DNA of 64,000 bases from contig JAETPN010000001.1 of assembly GCA_021771185.1 (NCBI GenBank), positions 4,366 through 68,365 on the forward strand, read 5' to 3'. Below, piece after piece: positions 27,097-36,280 of the stretch. The DNA is from Bacillota bacterium. GTDB lineage: Bacteria; Bacillota_I; Bacilli_A; RF39; UBA660. How positions within the stretch are numbered: position 1 is the first letter of the stretch; every line of letters begins with the position of its first letter. The position numbers and the translations under genes were made by a program. A model generated the notes under the pieces. It was not told where the DNA came from, made no database searches, and saw only the letters and a program-made list of their open reading frames with translations.

Positions 27097-27375
27097 TTAT
27101 CCATTGTTTATCCAATCATCTAGTAAGCTATCTTGTACATTTTTATCACTACGATGATAGAATAATAAACTAATAAAATCTTTACATTCTTCGGACAATC
27201 CTTGATCTTTTAATTTTTTATCTTTTCTAAAGATGACCTCTTTTTTTGAATCCGCAGCTTTCATGCTTAGCTCAGATATTAAATCCTCTGATATTTCATT
27301 GATATATTTTTCATCTAAATAAAATAATGTCATTAAAATTTCTTTAGCTACATCATTACTTAGCTCTTCCACCAT
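27097..27375 (-). CDS. small acidic hypothetical protein (92 aa)
   Basis: The start is taken at the second ATG (27375), 7 nt after AAGGAGA. It overlaps the 3' end of the upstream 305-aa gene by 20 nt. Confidence 0.4.
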   Translation of the reverse strand: MVEELSNDVAKEILMTLFYLDEKYINEISEDLISELSMKAADSKKEVIFRKDKKLKDQGLSEECKDFISLLFYHRSDKNVQDSLLDDWINNG

Positions 27376-28273
27376 ATTCATTCTCCTTACTACTCGTTAA
27401 TTCTTTTAACCTATGAATTAACTTTTTCATTTTAGATACCTTTCTTGTTCGTGCGACTTCTTCCAATTCTTGATCGCTTATTCTTTCTTTTGTCTTCTCT
27501 CTATTTTTAATAAAATTTTTGTATCTTCTAGAACTAAATTTGACATATTTTAAATCCGTAGTATAAATAAATTTATTTTCTAAGTTACTCATTCCTAATA
27601 CTTTAATTTGTTTCTGGTTAACCATTTTTTCTACTAGTTTTACTTTATCTTTTGGTACGCATATACATCTTATTCTCTCTACTGGATAATCATTTAAAAC
27701 ACCAATTTCTGATAGATCAGAAGTCACATTAAATACTTTTTCTTCTGCGATATCACTTTCTGTAGTTCCAAAGATGACTGGAAAATCAAGTTCATAATCA
27801 CGATCTATAGCTGATATTAAAGAATAACTTTGAGCAATTTCAAATACATCCGTAAAACTGATAAAATCTCTTTGTTCTTTTGTTCTTGACCATAGTTCAC
27901 CTGTAGTTACTCGAATATTTTCTTCCTCTAATTTTTTACCACAATGTAAGCCATATTTTAAAATGCCAGGTAACGCATTTGCATTCGTACCGTGAAAAAT
28001 ATTAATATGATTTTCTTTAAGTACTTCAAATGTTTCTGGATCATTTAAATAGAGATAAGCCATTGATGATCTTCTTAATCGTTCAGTATGAGGATTATTT
28101 TCCCTATGAATATTGGGACGAAGTGAATATCCGTCCACACCACCATCATATAATATTTTTGTTAAATTCTCTTTTATTTCATCTTCTACATCTAAATTTA
28201 GGAAGCTATCACATATCTCTTTATATTTATCATCTTCCATGATTTGTTCAAAACTATATTCTGAATACTTCAT
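27356..28273 (-). CDS. hypothetical protein with a possible ADP-ribosyltransferase-fold (H-Y-E class) NAD-binding motif
   Basis: 305 aa. NIFHGTNANALPGILKYGL resembles the HGT beta1-alpha1 NAD-binding segment of diphtheria toxin (SYHGTKPGYVDSIQKGI) and KptA/Tpt1 (LYHGTASRFLDEILKQGL). The rest is not recognisable. This is a weak, motif-level call only. Confidence 0.35.
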   Translation of the reverse strand: MKYSEYSFEQIMEDDKYKEICDSFLNLDVEDEIKENLTKILYDGGVDGYSLRPNIHRENNPHTERLRRSSMAYLYLNDPETFEVLKENHINIFHGTNANALPGILKYGLHCGKKLEEENIRVTTGELWSRTKEQRDFISFTDVFEIAQSYSLISAIDRDYELDFPVIFGTTESDIAEEKVFNVTSDLSEIGVLNDYPVERIRCICVPKDKVKLVEKMVNQKQIKVLGMSNLENKFIYTTDLKYVKFSSRRYKNFIKNREKTKERISDQELEEVARTRKVSKMKKLIHRLKELTSSKENEYGGRAK

Positions 28274-28304
28274 ATCATCACCTACTATTTCTTTTATTAT
28301 ATCA

Positions 28305-28332
28305 CAAAAAAATTAACGTTTTAAAGTTAATT
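28305..28332 (-). terminator. rho-independent terminator downstream of ftsW
   Basis: AATTAACgttttaaaGTTAATT hairpin with a T-run on the minus strand. Confidence 0.5.
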
Positions 28333-28334
28333 TT

Positions 28335-29423
28335 TTACCTTTCATATCTAGAAATATTTAGTAAAATGCCAATACCTATCATAGTAATTAATAAACTAGA
28401 GCCTCCGTAACTCACGAAAGGAAGTGTCACTCCAGTGACAGGAATAAGTCCTACCACAACGCTTAAGTTTAAAACCGTTTGGAAAGCTAATCCGAAAGTA
28501 ATTCCAAAGGCTAAATATTTACCAAACAAATCGTTTGCTTGTCTAGCAATTTTAAAGCCTTGATAAATAATGATTAAAAATAAAGTACTAATAATAATAA
28601 CACCTAAAAATCCAAATTCTTCGCTTATAATAGAAAAAATAAAGTCTGTTTGGGGTTCTGGTAAGTAAAAATGTTTTTGTCTGGAATTTCCAAAACCATA
28701 ACCTAAGAGTCCACCTGGACCAATCGCATAAAGGGATTGAATAATTTGAAATCCACTACCTAGGGGATCTTGCCAGGGATCTAGGAAGGATAAAATACGT
28801 TTTAGACGATATGGGGCGGCGATAATTAATCCAACAATACCAGCAAACCCAATTGCTCCCAATTTAAGAAAGAATTTAAAATCAACGCCACCAACAAAGA
28901 GTAAGCCAATAATAGTCATGACCAAAATCATCCCAGTCCCAAAGTCTGGTTGTAACATAATTAATCCGAAGGTAAATAAGGTAATCCCTAAAATGGGGAG
29001 TACTCCCTTTTTAATATCTGAAAGATTGCGTTCATTGTTCACTAAATATTTTGAAGTAAAAATAATTAAAGCTAGTTTGGTAAATTCACTAGGTTGAATT
29101 CCAAAAGAACCAATGCCAAACCAACTACGGCTTCCATTACGAACAGTTCCAATTCCTGGAATAAGGACAAGAACAAGCAACACGAGGCAACCAATAAATA
29201 AGGTATTGGATCGTTTTAAGTAGATTTGGTAATCAATTTTACTAACGATGTTCATTAATACAAGCCCAACAAGAAAGAACAAGCCTTGATTTTTTATAAA
29301 TTTAAATGGATCATTAAATTTATATTCTGCCCAAATATTCGAGGCTGAATAAATCATTAAAAGACCAAATAAAGAAAGAAGAATCACACTTCCCAAAAGT
29401 AAATAATTTACTCTTTTTTTCAC
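28335..29423 (-). CDS. ftsW: SEDS-family peptidoglycan glycosyltransferase FtsW/SpoVE
   Basis: It has ten TM helices and the conserved SEDS motifs. The start is moved to the GTG at 29423 (MKKRVNYLLLGS), 5 nt after a strong AAGGGGGAGG RBS. The track ATG at 29447 lacks an RBS. Confidence 0.8.
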   Translation of the reverse strand: MKKRVNYLLLGSVILLSLFGLLMIYSASNIWAEYKFNDPFKFIKNQGLFFLVGLVLMNIVSKIDYQIYLKRSNTLFIGCLVLLVLVLIPGIGTVRNGSRSWFGIGSFGIQPSEFTKLALIIFTSKYLVNNERNLSDIKKGVLPILGITLFTFGLIMLQPDFGTGMILVMTIIGLLFVGGVDFKFFLKLGAIGFAGIVGLIIAAPYRLKRILSFLDPWQDPLGSGFQIIQSLYAIGPGGLLGYGFGNSRQKHFYLPEPQTDFIFSIISEEFGFLGVIIISTLFLIIIYQGFKIARQANDLFGKYLAFGITFGLAFQTVLNLSVVVGLIPVTGVTLPFVSYGGSSLLITMIGIGILLNISRYER

Positions 29424-29437
29424 GATATCCTCCCCCT

Positions 29438-30430
29438 TTATATCCATGTACTAAATATTAGAGATATTAATGAAGCAATAAGCCCAATCACCCAAAATAA
29501 TTTGACAATATCACGTTCATTCCATCCTTTTTTTTCAAAACTATGGTGAATGGGTGCCATTAAAAACAAGCGTTTGTGTGTCAGTTTATAATAGAATCTT
29601 TGTAAAATTACAGATACGGTTTCAATAACAAAGACTAGTCCAATAATCACCAATAATAACTCATGACGAGTTAAAATTGCATAGGTTCCTAGAGTTGCAC
29701 CTAATGCTAAGGATCCTGTATCTCCCATAAATACTTTGGCAGGGCTGACATTAAAGACAAGGAATCCTAAGAGAGATCCGACAAGAAGAAAAGCAAATAT
29801 TGCCATATCTTCATATCCTTCAAGCCAACCTGTATTAATACTAATAATACCAAAGGTTAAGAAGGCAATTAAAGATAAACCACCAGCGAGGCCATCTAGG
29901 CCGTCCGTTAAGTTTACTGCATTACTACTTGCTAGTAAAACAAAGAGAATAAATAAGCCATACCACCAACCGATATTTATTTTTAAACCAAAAGTGTGAA
30001 TCCAAAGAAGGGGTTCATTCCCAGCCACACTAAATAAATAAAAGAAGATCACAGCTATGATTAACTCTCCACATAATTTTTCGCTTTCTGTTAAACCTTT
30101 ATTATTATTTCTTTTAATAATTAAATAATCATCTAAAAAGCCAATAAAGGCATAACCTATAAAGGTAATTAAGATAATCATCATACTGTAATTCATTTCT
30201 ACTTTACCTAAAAGAAATAATAGAAGATATGTAAAAACTGTTGGAAAAATAAAGATAATTCCACCCATGGTTGGGGTTCCTACCTTTTTTTTATGGGCTT
30301 CTTCTAAATAAATACTAAGACGTTGAGAAGCATGAATTTTTTTTAAAAAAGGAATGGCTATTACTGCAAATAACACTGAAATTAAAAAGCTAATCATTAA
30401 CGCTATAACCATTTTTGTAAGAATTAACAT
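29438..30430 (-). CDS. mraY: phospho-N-acetylmuramoyl-pentapeptide transferase
   Basis: 330 aa polytopic membrane protein with MraY motifs (GTPTMGG, DDYLIIKRNNNKGL, NAVNLTDGLDGLA). The RBS is AGGAGGAA. Confidence 0.9.
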   Translation of the reverse strand: MLILTKMVIALMISFLISVLFAVIAIPFLKKIHASQRLSIYLEEAHKKKVGTPTMGGIIFIFPTVFTYLLLFLLGKVEMNYSMMIILITFIGYAFIGFLDDYLIIKRNNNKGLTESEKLCGELIIAVIFFYLFSVAGNEPLLWIHTFGLKINIGWWYGLFILFVLLASSNAVNLTDGLDGLAGGLSLIAFLTFGIISINTGWLEGYEDMAIFAFLLVGSLLGFLVFNVSPAKVFMGDTGSLALGATLGTYAILTRHELLLVIIGLVFVIETVSVILQRFYYKLTHKRLFLMAPIHHSFEKKGWNERDIVKLFWVIGLIASLISLIFSTWI

Positions 30431-30438
30431 AATTCCTC

Positions 30439-32346
30439 CTAACTATTTAACATTAAGCGAACAGTCTCTCCTTCATAGATTCGCTCACCAGCGCTTGGAC
30501 TTTGATAAGTAACTACACTTCCATTTCCTGAATATTCAACTTTAAATCCTTTTAACTCTTTTACTGCATCTTCTTTGGATTTTCCAACGACATTTGGAAC
30601 AGTTGCATATTTTTGATCTCCATAATTATATTTTTTTTCACTTGCACCTTTACGTTTTGACATATTTAAAATAGAAATAGAATCTTCTAAAATATTTTTA
30701 ACAATAGGTGCGGCAATGGTTCCACCATACTGGGTAATTCCTTTCGCATTATCAATCGCTACATAAACAACAATCTCAGGGTCATCTGCAGGCATAAACC
30801 CCATAAATGATACAATATAATTTCCAACCATATAACGTCCATCTTGTACTTTTTGAGCCGTTCCTGTTTTCCCACCAACACGATATCCATCAATAAATGC
30901 AGGTCTTCCTGTTCCATTCGTAACAACACTTTCCAAGGTTTCACGTACCTTTTTACTTGTTTCTTTGGTAATAACCTGTCTTACTTTCGTTGGCTTATTT
31001 TCTAATACCACTTGATTAGTTTCTGGTTCATTCAAGCTTTTTACGATGTAGGGTTTTAGTAAGGTTCCACCATTAATAGCCGCACTTACAGCGGTAATTT
31101 GTTGAATTGGTGTAACAGAAACACCTTGACCAAAGGCAGTGGTCGCAAGTTCAACAGGACCTACCCGGTCAAGAGAAAATAAAATACCATTCGCTTCCCC
31201 ATTTAAGTCTATTCCCGTTTTTGTACCAAAACCAAAGTTTTTAATATACTTAAATAATGTTTCTTTCCCAATACGTTGTCCTAAAACAACGAAGCCTGGG
31301 TTACAAGAATTTTCAACCACTTGTAAAAAGGTTTGGGTTCCATGTCCTCCATGTTTCCAACATTTAATACGAGCATTTTCAACCTGAATAGATCCCCCAT
31401 CGGTAAATTGTTCTTTTTCTAAATCTACTTTATTTTCATTTAAAGCTGTCGCAAGGGTAATAATTTTAAATGTTGATCCTGGTTCATAGGTTGCCCAAAT
31501 AGGAAGATTTCGACCTGTTACTTCCGTTGTATAATCTTGATAATGCGCTGGATCAAAATTTGGTCTTGATGAGATCGCTAAAATTTCACCAGTTTTGGGA
31601 TTCATGGCTAATCCTAGTGCTTGATCTGGATTATATTTTAAAACTGCATTATCTAATTCTCTTTCTAGGGAAGATTGAATTTCATTATTAATCGTTAAGG
31701 TCATATTCACACCATCTTGCGGCTGTTCATAGACTTCATTTAAATCCAGACGATTCCCCTTCGCATCACTAAAGTATTTAATCGCACCATATTCCCCTGT
31801 TAAATAAGAATCATACATGAGTTCTAATCCACTTAACCCTTGATTATCAATTCCAACGAATCCTAAGGTATGTGATAATGTTTTTCCTAAGGGATAGTTT
31901 CGCTTAGATTCTTTTACTAAATAAACACCTGGTAATTTTAATGCACTAATTTTATCTGCAATTTCATAAGAAAGACGTCTTCCCTCTGGATGTACACGTT
32001 CAATGGATGATTTTTTAGAAACATGTGCCATCATATCTTTCATATCAACATTTAAAATTTCTGCGAGTTGTTTGGCGGTATTTTCTTTATCCTTAATTTG
32101 GTTTGGAATTAAAACTAAGGAAGTTGTCGTTAAATTATTCGCAAGAACTTCCCCATTTCGATCATAAATAATTCCTCGGTTTCCCTCAATTGGTAAATTA
32201 CGACTCCAAAGATTTGATGCATACCCATTTAATCTTTTATAATCAAATACTTGCGTATAAAATACCTTTCCAATAATGAGAACAAAAACGAAGATAATAA
32301 AGAAAAGTACGACTTTAATTCGATTGTGTATATGTTTAAAGAACAT
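30439..32346 (-). CDS. class B penicillin-binding protein (PBP2B/SpoVD-like) with a C-terminal PASTA domain
   Basis: It has an N-terminal TM helix, a dimerisation domain, and a transpeptidase domain (STFK at EPGSTFKII, with SxN and KTG). One PASTA domain sits at the C-terminus. The RBS is AAGAGGTGAGG. Confidence 0.85.
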   Translation of the reverse strand: MFFKHIHNRIKVVLFFIIFVFVLIIGKVFYTQVFDYKRLNGYASNLWSRNLPIEGNRGIIYDRNGEVLANNLTTTSLVLIPNQIKDKENTAKQLAEILNVDMKDMMAHVSKKSSIERVHPEGRRLSYEIADKISALKLPGVYLVKESKRNYPLGKTLSHTLGFVGIDNQGLSGLELMYDSYLTGEYGAIKYFSDAKGNRLDLNEVYEQPQDGVNMTLTINNEIQSSLERELDNAVLKYNPDQALGLAMNPKTGEILAISSRPNFDPAHYQDYTTEVTGRNLPIWATYEPGSTFKIITLATALNENKVDLEKEQFTDGGSIQVENARIKCWKHGGHGTQTFLQVVENSCNPGFVVLGQRIGKETLFKYIKNFGFGTKTGIDLNGEANGILFSLDRVGPVELATTAFGQGVSVTPIQQITAVSAAINGGTLLKPYIVKSLNEPETNQVVLENKPTKVRQVITKETSKKVRETLESVVTNGTGRPAFIDGYRVGGKTGTAQKVQDGRYMVGNYIVSFMGFMPADDPEIVVYVAIDNAKGITQYGGTIAAPIVKNILEDSISILNMSKRKGASEKKYNYGDQKYATVPNVVGKSKEDAVKELKGFKVEYSGNGSVVTYQSPSAGERIYEGETVRLMLNS

Positions 32347-32380
32347 GTCCTCACCTCTTCTTTACTATATGAAAAACACA

Positions 32381-32404
32381 TAAAAAAAAGTACAAGCAAT
32401 GTTG
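32381..32404 (-). terminator. rho-independent terminator of the amine dehydrogenase gene
   Basis: On the minus strand: AAAGTACAAcattgcTTGTACTTTTTTTT. Confidence 0.55.
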
Positions 32405-32433
32405 TACTTTCTAAGAAAACTTTAAGTTTTCAT

Positions 32434-33480
32434 TTATTTATATTTTAATTCACCCATACGAGAGGTTGGTACAAAACCAGCTTCTGATGAAAGAACATCT
32501 GGAATACGATTTACAATCGTTGCACAAGTAAGTTCGACGGTTGCTGGTCTTGTGATTACCATATTGGTATCTGGTTCTCCAAAAATGGTCCAATCATTAC
32601 GATCAACGTCTTCTTTAGCATAAACTTTTCCAATACATTCAGTTTCTAGTGTAATACCTTCTTCGGTTGTTGTTACGACAACCGCACTCATTCCCGTTGC
32701 CATTCCTTTTTTTACAACCATATCAAGCGTACTAGAAGTAATATCATGATCACTAGTTTGTGGCACGCATTGTTGCGTTTGACTTAAGACATGAAGACCT
32801 AATTTATCGCAAAGCCAGCCATTCACATTCCACATATAACTAGGTGCATAGTCTCCTTTATTAATAATTTCATTTCGCTCTTCTTCGGTGATGTTATCGA
32901 CACTAGCGACTTCTTTATCAAATTCTTCTAAAGTAAGTCCAGCCCCATGTGCACGCGCAAGAGCAATTCCATAGTCTTCTACATTATAAGAAGAACTTCC
33001 TTTAATTTTAGTAATTTTATGTGTACTTCCAGCAAGAGTTGAAATTAAATTTCCCCAGAAAGCATCTTGATATCCACTTCCCGTAATTGTACAACCATGT
33101 TCTTTGGCAAGTGCATCAATTTCTTCCGTAAGTTTTGGTGATGAGTTAAACGGATAAAAAGCTTCCTCACATGTTGTAATAGCGTTAATTCCTAACCTGG
33201 CACATAAAAGTAAAACATCTTTACAATCTTTCATTAAACTCATCGTTGTTATAATACAAATATCGGGTTTTACTTCCGTTAACATCGCTTCTGCATCAAG
33301 CGGAGATACAATAGTTACTCCAGTATCTTCTATGTCTAAAAGAGAACTAATATCTTTTCCAATAACCTCTGGATTGATATCTACCGCTCCTACAATTTTA
33401 CCACCACGTTCCATCACATAACGCATGGTATAACGCGCCATTTTACCACATCCATATTGAACTACACGAACATCTTTCAT
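32434..33480 (-). CDS. NAD(P)H-dependent amine dehydrogenase family protein (DapB-like N-terminal Rossmann; 2,4-diaminopentanoate dehydrogenase-like)
   Basis: MKDVRVVQYGCGKMARYTMRYV...GAVD matches the Rossmann N-terminus of the DapB-like amine dehydrogenase family (Ord / native AmDH). About 348 aa. No ornithine-fermentation partner genes are nearby. Confidence 0.5.
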   Translation of the reverse strand: MKDVRVVQYGCGKMARYTMRYVMERGGKIVGAVDINPEVIGKDISSLLDIEDTGVTIVSPLDAEAMLTEVKPDICIITTMSLMKDCKDVLLLCARLGINAITTCEEAFYPFNSSPKLTEEIDALAKEHGCTITGSGYQDAFWGNLISTLAGSTHKITKIKGSSSYNVEDYGIALARAHGAGLTLEEFDKEVASVDNITEEERNEIINKGDYAPSYMWNVNGWLCDKLGLHVLSQTQQCVPQTSDHDITSSTLDMVVKKGMATGMSAVVVTTTEEGITLETECIGKVYAKEDVDRNDWTIFGEPDTNMVITRPATVELTCATIVNRIPDVLSSEAGFVPTSRMGELKYK

Positions 33481-33574
33481 TCTATCCCTCCTTATTATGA
33501 ATACTTACATTATATCACACTTTGATTTATTTTACCCATTTTCAACTTATTTATTTAATATAAAAAAGTGAATC

Positions 33575-33940
33575 TTAATTCACTTCTATTTTCCATAAAC
33601 CATGTTGATTACAATAAGAATAAATCACCGCATCCTCGATCTTAGGAAATGTAACTACAGCTTCTTTTCCAGGTACTAATTTTTTTACCATTTCTTCTTT
33701 TTCATTTACAAGTCCAATCCACATAATATAATGATCCTCATTCATCACATGAGGTACTGTTACAACAATTTTATCTTCCTTTTGTTCATAAGTAGGAAGA
33801 TGTTTTTCACTTGCATAATCCTTAGAATTACAATGAACCTCTTCCATTACTTTCCCACAGCACATCATAGGACCATCTTCGACTACTCTCACTAGAGCTC
33901 CACAAATTGGACATCTTTTGAATACGATTTCTTTTTTCAT
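33575..33940 (-). CDS. dfx: desulfoferrodoxin (class I superoxide reductase)
   Basis: It has an N-terminal desulforedoxin-like CxxC...CC centre (CPICGALVRVVEDGPMMCCG) and a C-terminal neelaredoxin His/Cys ligand set (HVMNEDHYIMWI...CNQHGLW). Confidence 0.8.
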   Translation of the reverse strand: MKKEIVFKRCPICGALVRVVEDGPMMCCGKVMEEVHCNSKDYASEKHLPTYEQKEDKIVVTVPHVMNEDHYIMWIGLVNEKEEMVKKLVPGKEAVVTFPKIEDAVIYSYCNQHGLWKIEVN

Positions 33941-34082
33941 TCTATTCCTCCTTATTTCTAATCATGTTTTTAAAAAACTTTGTAAGCCTATAAAGTTATA
34001 AGCATTCAAAAAAATCATGCTTATATTTATAGTTTATCATAATTTTTTATAGAATAAAAGAACTTACAAAAAGATAAAAAGA

Positions 34083-34111
34083 TTGTCAAATAAATAAAAA
34101 TAGCTTATAAT
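34083..34111 (+). promoter_or_regulatory. glmS promoter (TTGTCA-17-TATAAT)
   Basis: TTGTCA lies at 34083-34088 and TATAAT at 34106-34111. It is about 40 nt upstream of the ribozyme core. Confidence 0.6.
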
Positions 34112-34149
34112 ATAGTGTATAAAATAATTGGGAGGAAAGGTTGTAACCC

Positions 34150-34300
34150 TTTATTAGCGCCTGACCCTTAGGGGTGACGAGGAATAATAGGTATCGAAAT
34201 TTCGGCGGATCCTATTACGGCTATGTAGTCGTTAGATATATGACAAAAAGTAAAATCAACATTACAACAAAGAATATATCACACATTGTTTTTTAGTATA
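34150..34300 (+). ncRNA. glmS ribozyme (GlcN6P-dependent self-cleaving riboswitch) in the glmS 5' leader
   Basis: Core consensus elements are visible: AGCGCCtGA...GACGAGGA...GGTATCGAAATTTCGGCGGAT...CGGCTA, upstream of the glmS ATG at 34324. The expected cleavage site is 5' of the G of AGCGCC (about 34156/34157). Confidence 0.8.
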
Positions 34301-34323
34301 CACAAATTTAGGAGGAACAAAAC

Positions 34324-36126
34324 ATGTGTGGAATTATTGGATATAACGGAAAGGAAAAAGTTATACCTATTTTAATAGATGGATTAAAATCCTTAGAATA
34401 CCGTGGATATGACTCTGCGGGAATTGCTTATTTTAAGAATAACAATATTGAAATGACCAAAGAAGTTGGTCGCATTAAAGAATTAGAAAAAATAATAAAA
34501 GATGAGGCTGCTTATATTGGGATTGGACATACAAGATGGGCAACGCATGGAAAACCAAATAAAACAAATGCTCATCCTCATAAAGTGGGAACAGTGACAC
34601 TGGTTCATAATGGAATTATTGAAAATTATGAGAGTTTAAAAGAAGAGTTACAAAAGAAAGGATATCATTTTCTTTCAGACACAGATACCGAAGTTGCGGC
34701 TGGAATGTTAGATGATACGTTAAAATCATCCAAAGATATGATTGAAGCTTTAAGTACTGTTCAATCAATATTCACAGGTTCTTATGCATTTGGAATTTTA
34801 CTTGATCAAGAACCAGATACCTTATATGCGATGAAAAAAGATAGTCCTTTAATTATCGGTGTAAAGGAAGACGGTTATTTTATTGCATCAGATATCCCAG
34901 CAATTTTAAATTATACCAAAGATTATATTTTATTAGATGACTTTGATATTGTAAAAATTAAAGATCAACAACTAACGATTTATCATGATGGAAAAGAAAT
35001 TAAACATGAAGTTCAAACATTCGCTTATGATGAGGAAACAGCACAAAAAGATGGTTACCCTCATTATATGTTAAAAGAAATCCATGAAGAACCTCGTGTT
35101 TTAGAAAAAACAATCAAGCCATTTCTTGAAAATGGGACAACTTCCCTATTAAAAAACTTACCAGATATTTCAACCTATCGTCATATTGATATTGTTGCTT
35201 GTGGAAGTGCTTGGCACGCTGGAATGATTGGAAAATCTCTGATCGAAAAATATGGTAAATTACCTGTACAATGTCATATTGCCAGTGAATATCGTTATCA
35301 ACCTTTATTTTTAGATGAAAAATGCTTAGTTATTTTTATTTCACAATCTGGAGAAACAGCAGATACCCTAGCTAGTCTAAAAATCGCCAAAGAACATGGA
35401 GCCCATACTTTAGCTATTGTAAATGTTGCATCTTCTAGTATTGCACGTGCGGCAGATGAAGTTATTTTAACACAAGCAGGTTGTGAAATTGCCGTTGCCA
35501 CAACCAAAGCATTTGATGCTCAAGTGGCAATCCTTTCTCTTCTTGCCTTTAGAACTGCAATAGATAAAAATGAAATTGATTCAAAAGAAATCGAACAAAT
35601 TCTAGAAGATTATGAAAGACTAATTAAACTTACAGAAAAATTAATTGAGCAAAAAGACTATGAACAAATCGCAGATCACATTTATGAAAAAGAAGATATT
35701 TTCTACTTAGGTCGTCAAATTGATTATGCTCTATCCTTGGAGGGTTCTCTAAAATTAAAAGAAATTTCTTATATTCACTGTGATGCTTATGCGGCAGGTG
35801 AATTAAAACATGGAACCATTTCTTTAGTAGAACAAGATACTCCAGTAATTACAATTGTAACAGATGAAAAAATTGCCAGTAAAACCATTAGCAATATGAA
35901 AGAAGTTCGTGCCCGTGGAAGTTATAATATTTTAATAACAACAGAAATGTTAGACTTTAAGTCTGATGTATATCAAGATAAAATTGTACTCCCAACCGTA
36001 CACCCAATGGTTATGCCAATGCTAACAGTGATACCACTTCAACTACTCGCCTATTATGTTGCACTAAAACGTGGTTGTGATATTGATAAACCTCGTAATC
36101 TAGCCAAATCTGTAACAGTAGAATAA
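34324..36126 (+). CDS. glmS: glutamine--fructose-6-phosphate aminotransferase (isomerising)
   Basis: MCGIIGY N-terminal nucleophile, a class II glutaminase domain, and two SIS domains. 600 aa. The RBS is AGGAGGAA. Confidence 0.95.
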   Translation: MCGIIGYNGKEKVIPILIDGLKSLEYRGYDSAGIAYFKNNNIEMTKEVGRIKELEKIIKDEAAYIGIGHTRWATHGKPNKTNAHPHKVGTVTLVHNGIIENYESLKEELQKKGYHFLSDTDTEVAAGMLDDTLKSSKDMIEALSTVQSIFTGSYAFGILLDQEPDTLYAMKKDSPLIIGVKEDGYFIASDIPAILNYTKDYILLDDFDIVKIKDQQLTIYHDGKEIKHEVQTFAYDEETAQKDGYPHYMLKEIHEEPRVLEKTIKPFLENGTTSLLKNLPDISTYRHIDIVACGSAWHAGMIGKSLIEKYGKLPVQCHIASEYRYQPLFLDEKCLVIFISQSGETADTLASLKIAKEHGAHTLAIVNVASSSIARAADEVILTQAGCEIAVATTKAFDAQVAILSLLAFRTAIDKNEIDSKEIEQILEDYERLIKLTEKLIEQKDYEQIADHIYEKEDIFYLGRQIDYALSLEGSLKLKEISYIHCDAYAAGELKHGTISLVEQDTPVITIVTDEKIASKTISNMKEVRARGSYNILITTEMLDFKSDVYQDKIVLPTVHPMVMPMLTVIPLQLLAYYVALKRGCDIDKPRNLAKSVTVE

Positions 36127-36130
36127 AATG

Positions 36131-36158
36131 AAAACTAGTTCTTGAAACTAGTTTTTTT
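36131..36158 (+). terminator. rho-independent terminator of glmS
   Basis: AAACTAGTTcttgaAACTAGTTTTTTT. Confidence 0.7.
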
Positions 36159-36188
36159 GACCTCGAATTTTCGAGTTTATTATCAATC

Positions 36189-36273
36189 TGGTACAAGAGA
36201 TGGGACTTGAACCCACACGAGAAATCTCACAAGCCCCTCAAGCCTGCGTGTCTACCTATTCCACCACTCTTGC
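36189..36273 (-). tRNA. tRNA-Leu (anticodon GAG) with a long variable arm
   Basis: The reverse complement reads GCAAGAGTGGTGGAATAGGTAGACAC...CAGGC TTGAGGG GCTTG...variable arm...GGGTTCAAGTCCC...CTCTTGTACCA. It is 85 nt with an encoded CCA. Confidence 0.75.
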
Positions 36274-36280
36274 ATATAAA

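Noticed and set aside
28030-28316. Plus-strand ORFs 28030..28242 and 28113..28316 inside the 305-aa minus-strand gene
   Set aside because: They are antisense to a longer ORF with better coding signal. Both are His/Leu/Ser-rich low-complexity translations.
33941-34080. Palindrome ATAAGCATtcaaaaaaatcATGCTTAT upstream of desulfoferrodoxin, as a possible PerR/Rex operator
   Set aside because: It does not match the PerR (TTATAATnATTATAA) or Rex (TTGTGAAnnnnTTCACAA) consensus. It may be just an AT-rich hairpin and cannot be supported without comparative data.
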